Part shown: one piece after another, positions 15,968 to 18,669 of the stretch
Layout of the letters: the number at the start of each line of letters is the position of its first letter
Numbering within the stretch: position 1 is the first letter of the stretch
DNA from: Allobaculum fili
Lineage (GTDB): Bacteria; Bacillota_I; Bacilli_A; Erysipelotrichales; Erysipelotrichaceae
Reading direction: 5' to 3'
DNA length: 18,669 nucleotides
Assembly (NCBI RefSeq): GCF_020969955.1
Contig: NZ_JAHDSX010000044.1
Span: 1-18,669 of the forward strand
Notes under the pieces: generated by a model
What the model saw: the letters and a program-made list of their open reading frames with translations, nothing else
Told to the model about the DNA's origin: nothing
Databases searched by the model: none
Translations under genes and position numbers: made by a program

Positions 15968-16645
15968 TTAAAGCAAATCGTGTTTGGCGGGATCGAGCAG
16001 TTCAAAATGATTTTTTTCAAACGCGATCAGTCCCTCTTTTTTCATGCGGCCAAGTTCCTTAGAGAGGGCGCTCCGTTCTACATTCAGATAATCGGCGAGC
16101 TGCTGTCGATCAAACGGGATTTCGAAAACGCGGCTTCCCTTTTTGAGCGCCGCAAAACGCAGATACGCAAGTACGCGGGAGCGGATCGTTCTGGAAGATG
16201 TGAAAAAGCTGCGTCTGGATAAAGCCAGATTTTTCTGCGCACCCAGCAGCGTCAGATTGTACAGAACTTTCGTCTCCCACCCCCCGCATCGGCAGGAGCC
16301 GGGTTTCAGATTTTGCAAATCCAGAAGCAGAATGCGGGTCGGTTCATTGGCTGCAACCTCCACCAGTGTCGGCTCATTGCCAAGAAGAGCGTATGCCTCC
16401 GCAAAATACTGACCAGGGACGATAAGGTTTAAAATCGTCCGGTTTCCCATTTCATCCAGGCTTTCAATGCGAACGCTTCCCGACAGAACCAGACCCATTT
16501 CATGCGTTGAGCGGCCCACATGCAAAATCGTCTCTCCCTTGTCAAAATGGCGTTCTCTGGCGTGCAGCGCATGAAGCGACTGACCCAATTCATCCTCATC
16601 CATTCCTTTAAATAAAGCGGTTTTCAGCAGCTGTTTTTCGTCCAT
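15968..16645 (-). CDS. Crp/Fnr-family transcriptional regulator (candidate HcpR, divergent from hcp)
   Basis: 225 aa. It has an N-terminal cNMP-binding-like beta-barrel (LFKGMDEDEL...) and a C-terminal HTH (RQQLADYLNVERSALSKELGRMKKEGLI). AGGGAG lies 7 nt upstream. The HcpR assignment is inferred from synteny only. Confidence 0.85.
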   Translation of the reverse strand: MDEKQLLKTALFKGMDEDELGQSLHALHARERHFDKGETILHVGRSTHEMGLVLSGSVRIESLDEMGNRTILNLIVPGQYFAEAYALLGNEPTLVEVAANEPTRILLLDLQNLKPGSCRCGGWETKVLYNLTLLGAQKNLALSRRSFFTSSRTIRSRVLAYLRFAALKKGSRVFEIPFDRQQLADYLNVERSALSKELGRMKKEGLIAFEKNHFELLDPAKHDLL

Positions 16646-16670
16646 GAAAATTCTCCCTAAAAATTTGTCG

Positions 16671-16688
16671 ATGTGGTTTTAACCACAT
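16671..16688. promoter_or_regulatory. Perfect 18-bp palindrome ATGTGGTTTTAACCACAT, a candidate Crp/Fnr (HcpR) operator
   Basis: TGTGG-N6-CCACA has the same geometry as the Crp-type TGTGA-N6-TCACA. It lies 26 nt upstream of the regulator ATG. Its centre is about 28 nt upstream of a weak -10-like AATACA (16707..16712) on the hcp strand, which fits a class II activator position near -41. Confidence 0.5.
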
Positions 16689-16738
16689 ACTTATCGTCTG
16701 CATTTGAATACAGTAAAAACGAACACAGAAGCAAACAA

Positions 16739-16809
16739 ACTGCCCGCTTGCCGCGCCTTTTAAAGGCGCGCCTTCTTTTGTCCGCCCGTTCTGGGCCGGT
16801 CCGGGCAGT
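16739..16809 (+). promoter_or_regulatory. Structured element in the hcp 5' leader (closing helix plus internal GC hairpins)
   Basis: ACTGCCCG (16739..16746) pairs with CGGGCAGT (16802..16809). These enclose the 9-bp-arm palindrome CGCGCCTTT-t-AAAGGCGCG (16752..16770) and GCCC-gttct-GGGC. The element ends 5 nt before the GGAGG SD. Confidence 0.25.
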
Positions 16810-16828
16810 CTATGGAGGAAATACATAT

Positions 16829-18472
16829 ATGAAAGAGAAAATGTTCTGTTATCAGTGTCAGGAAACCGCAGGCAATACGGGATGCACCATCGCAGGGGTC
16901 TGCGGAAAAAAGCCGGAAGTCGCGGCCATGCAGGATCTGCTCGTCTACGTAACCAAAGGCCTTTCGAGCATTACAACGAAAATGCGTGCTGAAGGTCTGC
17001 CGGTTTCGCAGGCGGTCAATCATCAGATTTCCAGAAATCTGTTTACAACGATTACCAACGCCAATTTTGATCGCGATTTCATCCGTCTCATGGTAGAAGA
17101 CACGCTGGAAATGAAGGAAAACCTGCTCGGACAGCTTGGCAGTACGGACGGTCTGCCCGAAGCTGCCTTCTGGAACGGACCGAAAGAAGACTTTGAATCG
17201 AAAGCCGCTGAAGTCGGCGTGCTTTCGACCAAAGATGAAGATATCCGTTCTTTACGCGAGCTCATCACGTATGGACTGAAGGGCCTTTCCGCCTACTCCA
17301 AGCACGCCAACGCGCTTTTGCACGATAACGAAGCCGTTGACGCGTTTCTCCAGAACGCTTTAAGCAAAACGCTCGACGATTCGCTGAGCGTCGACGACCT
17401 CGTCGCCCTGGCTCTGGAAACCGGAAAATACGGCGTAGACGGCATGGCCCTTCTCGACAAAGCCAATACCGACGCGTACGGCCATCCGGAAATGACCGAA
17501 GTGGAAATCGGTGTCCGCCAAAACCCGGGAATTCTTGTTTCCGGACACGATCTGCGCGATCTGGAAATGCTTCTGGAACAGACGCAGGGTACAGGCGTAG
17601 ACGTCTATACCCATTCCGAAATGCTTCCCGCTCACTACTATCCGTCGTTCAAGAAGTATCCCCATTTTGCGGGCAACTACGGAAACGCCTGGTGGAAGCA
17701 GCGCGAAGAGTTTGAAAAATTCAACGGTCCGATTTTAATGACGACAAACTGCATCGTTCCGCCGGCCGAAAGCTATAAAGACCGTCTCTGGACAACCGGA
17801 ACGACCGGATATCCAGGCTGCCGCCATATCGATAGTGCCTATGGAGAAATCAAGGACTTTTCCGCTCTGATTGAACAGGCGAAAACGTGCCCGGCACCAG
17901 AGGAAATCGAAACCGGAACAATCGTCGGCGGCTTTGCGCATGAGCAGGTGTTCGCACTCGCCGATCAGATCGTCGAAGCCGTAAAGAACGGCGCCATCCG
18001 GAAGTTTGTCGTTATGGCCGGCTGCGACGGCCGTCAGAGAAGCCGCGACTATTACACCGAATTTGCGAAAAAGCTTCCAGAAGACGCGGTGATCCTGACC
18101 GCAGGCTGTGCCAAATACAAATACAACAAGCTCAATCTCGGCGCTATTCAGGGTATTCCAAGAGTTCTGGATGCCGGTCAGTGCAACGACTCGTATTCGC
18201 TCGCGCTGATTGCTCTGAAACTGAAAGACGTCTTTGGACTCGACGATATCAACGACCTTCCAATCGTCTACAACATCGCCTGGTACGAACAGAAAGCCGT
18301 CATTGTTCTGCTTTCCCTGCTCTATCTGGGCATTAAGAACATCCATCTCGGTCCAACGCTTCCGGCATTCCTGTCCCCAAACGTGGCGAAAGTCCTGATT
18401 GAAAACTTCGGCCTTTCCGGAATCCGTACGGTGGACCAGGATCTGAAGCTGTTCTTTGGCGACGAAGCGTAA
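16829..18472 (+). CDS. hcp: Hybrid cluster protein (hydroxylamine reductase / NO-detoxifying Hcp)
   Basis: 547 aa from [27 protein letters not shown], giving N-terminal Cys spacing CX2CX8CX5C. GGAGG lies 10 nt upstream. The 52 extra upstream codons in the ORF track have no SD and would run through the operator and leader. Confidence 0.92.
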   Translation: MKEKMFCYQCQETAGNTGCTIAGVCGKKPEVAAMQDLLVYVTKGLSSITTKMRAEGLPVSQAVNHQISRNLFTTITNANFDRDFIRLMVEDTLEMKENLLGQLGSTDGLPEAAFWNGPKEDFESKAAEVGVLSTKDEDIRSLRELITYGLKGLSAYSKHANALLHDNEAVDAFLQNALSKTLDDSLSVDDLVALALETGKYGVDGMALLDKANTDAYGHPEMTEVEIGVRQNPGILVSGHDLRDLEMLLEQTQGTGVDVYTHSEMLPAHYYPSFKKYPHFAGNYGNAWWKQREEFEKFNGPILMTTNCIVPPAESYKDRLWTTGTTGYPGCRHIDSAYGEIKDFSALIEQAKTCPAPEEIETGTIVGGFAHEQVFALADQIVEAVKNGAIRKFVVMAGCDGRQRSRDYYTEFAKKLPEDAVILTAGCAKYKYNKLNLGAIQGIPRVLDAGQCNDSYSLALIALKLKDVFGLDDINDLPIVYNIAWYEQKAVIVLLSLLYLGIKNIHLGPTLPAFLSPNVAKVLIENFGLSGIRTVDQDLKLFFGDEA

Positions 18473-18544
18473 GCAATCTGTTCGACTGGGCGAATTCCTT
18501 CCTTTCCGCTAAAGGATCCTTCCCATCCGCTTTACAGATCGATT

Positions 18545-18669
18545 GTAAGTGTCAAACAATCGACGGGTATACGCGAGACTGAATATTAGATACGCTAAAC
18601 GGGATCCCTTTCGAGATCCCGCTTGGCGTATTTTTTATTCTTCATCGTTTTCTTCATACTTCGGATCCG
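18545..18669. repeat. Right copy of the perfect 125-bp terminal inverted repeat (partner 2..126)
   Basis: Exact reverse complement of 2..126. The inner boundary reads 5'-GTAAGTGTCAAACAATCGACGGG going outward. The mirrored hairpin lies at 18591..18630. Confidence 0.95.

Noticed and set aside
1-18669. The whole window as a self-contained mobile element, phage or defence island
   Set aside because: It has no transposase, integrase, recombinase, structural phage, restriction, toxin-antitoxin or nuclease/helicase genes. Composition looks uniform apart from one AT-rich intergenic block. All identifiable genes are core metabolism, transport or stress.
1-18669. Apparent over-representation of GGATCC (about 13 sites seen by eye against roughly 5 expected)
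   Set aside because: It was counted by eye only. Four of the sites lie inside the duplicated terminal repeat, and the rest may reflect codon and dinucleotide bias. No functional inference is possible without a proper k-mer statistic.

Overview
This looks like an ordinary chromosomal segment of a Firmicutes/Clostridia-like bacterium. That guess rests on about 50% GC by eye, strong AGGAGG-type ribosome-binding sites, and the presence of GlgD and HPr. I support 17 protein genes, 15 of them on the minus strand. From left to right they are: phosphoglucomutase; HPr; a DUF523/TudS-like Fe-S protein translationally coupled to an alpha/beta hydrolase; the glycogen operon glgC-glgD-glgA; and a three-gene ABC importer of the COG2984/COG4120/COG1101 type. 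Next come three separately terminated hypothetical genes (86, 242 and 190 aa). These are followed by a superoxide reductase that lacks the N-terminal FeCys4 site, an RluA-family pseudouridine synthase, and a divergent pair made of a Crp/Fnr regulator and hybrid cluster protein (hcp). I found no tRNA, rRNA, CRISPR array, transposase, integrase, phage or plasmid-replication gene. The most unusual feature is structural. Window positions 2..126 and 18545..18669 are a perfect 125-bp inverted repeat. Each copy looks like the inward-facing end of a repeated element (a short ORF tail, a hairpin, and a GTAAG terminus), and the repeat may continue beyond the window. Secondary leads are: a perfect 18-bp Crp-type palindrome plus a structured leader between the regulator and hcp; the trio of uncharacterised charged or coiled-coil proteins next to the redox genes; and a 661-bp ORF-poor spacer upstream of glgC that holds an AT-rich block and 23-bp tandem repeats. 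All family calls come from motifs read by eye in the translations. No database search was run.
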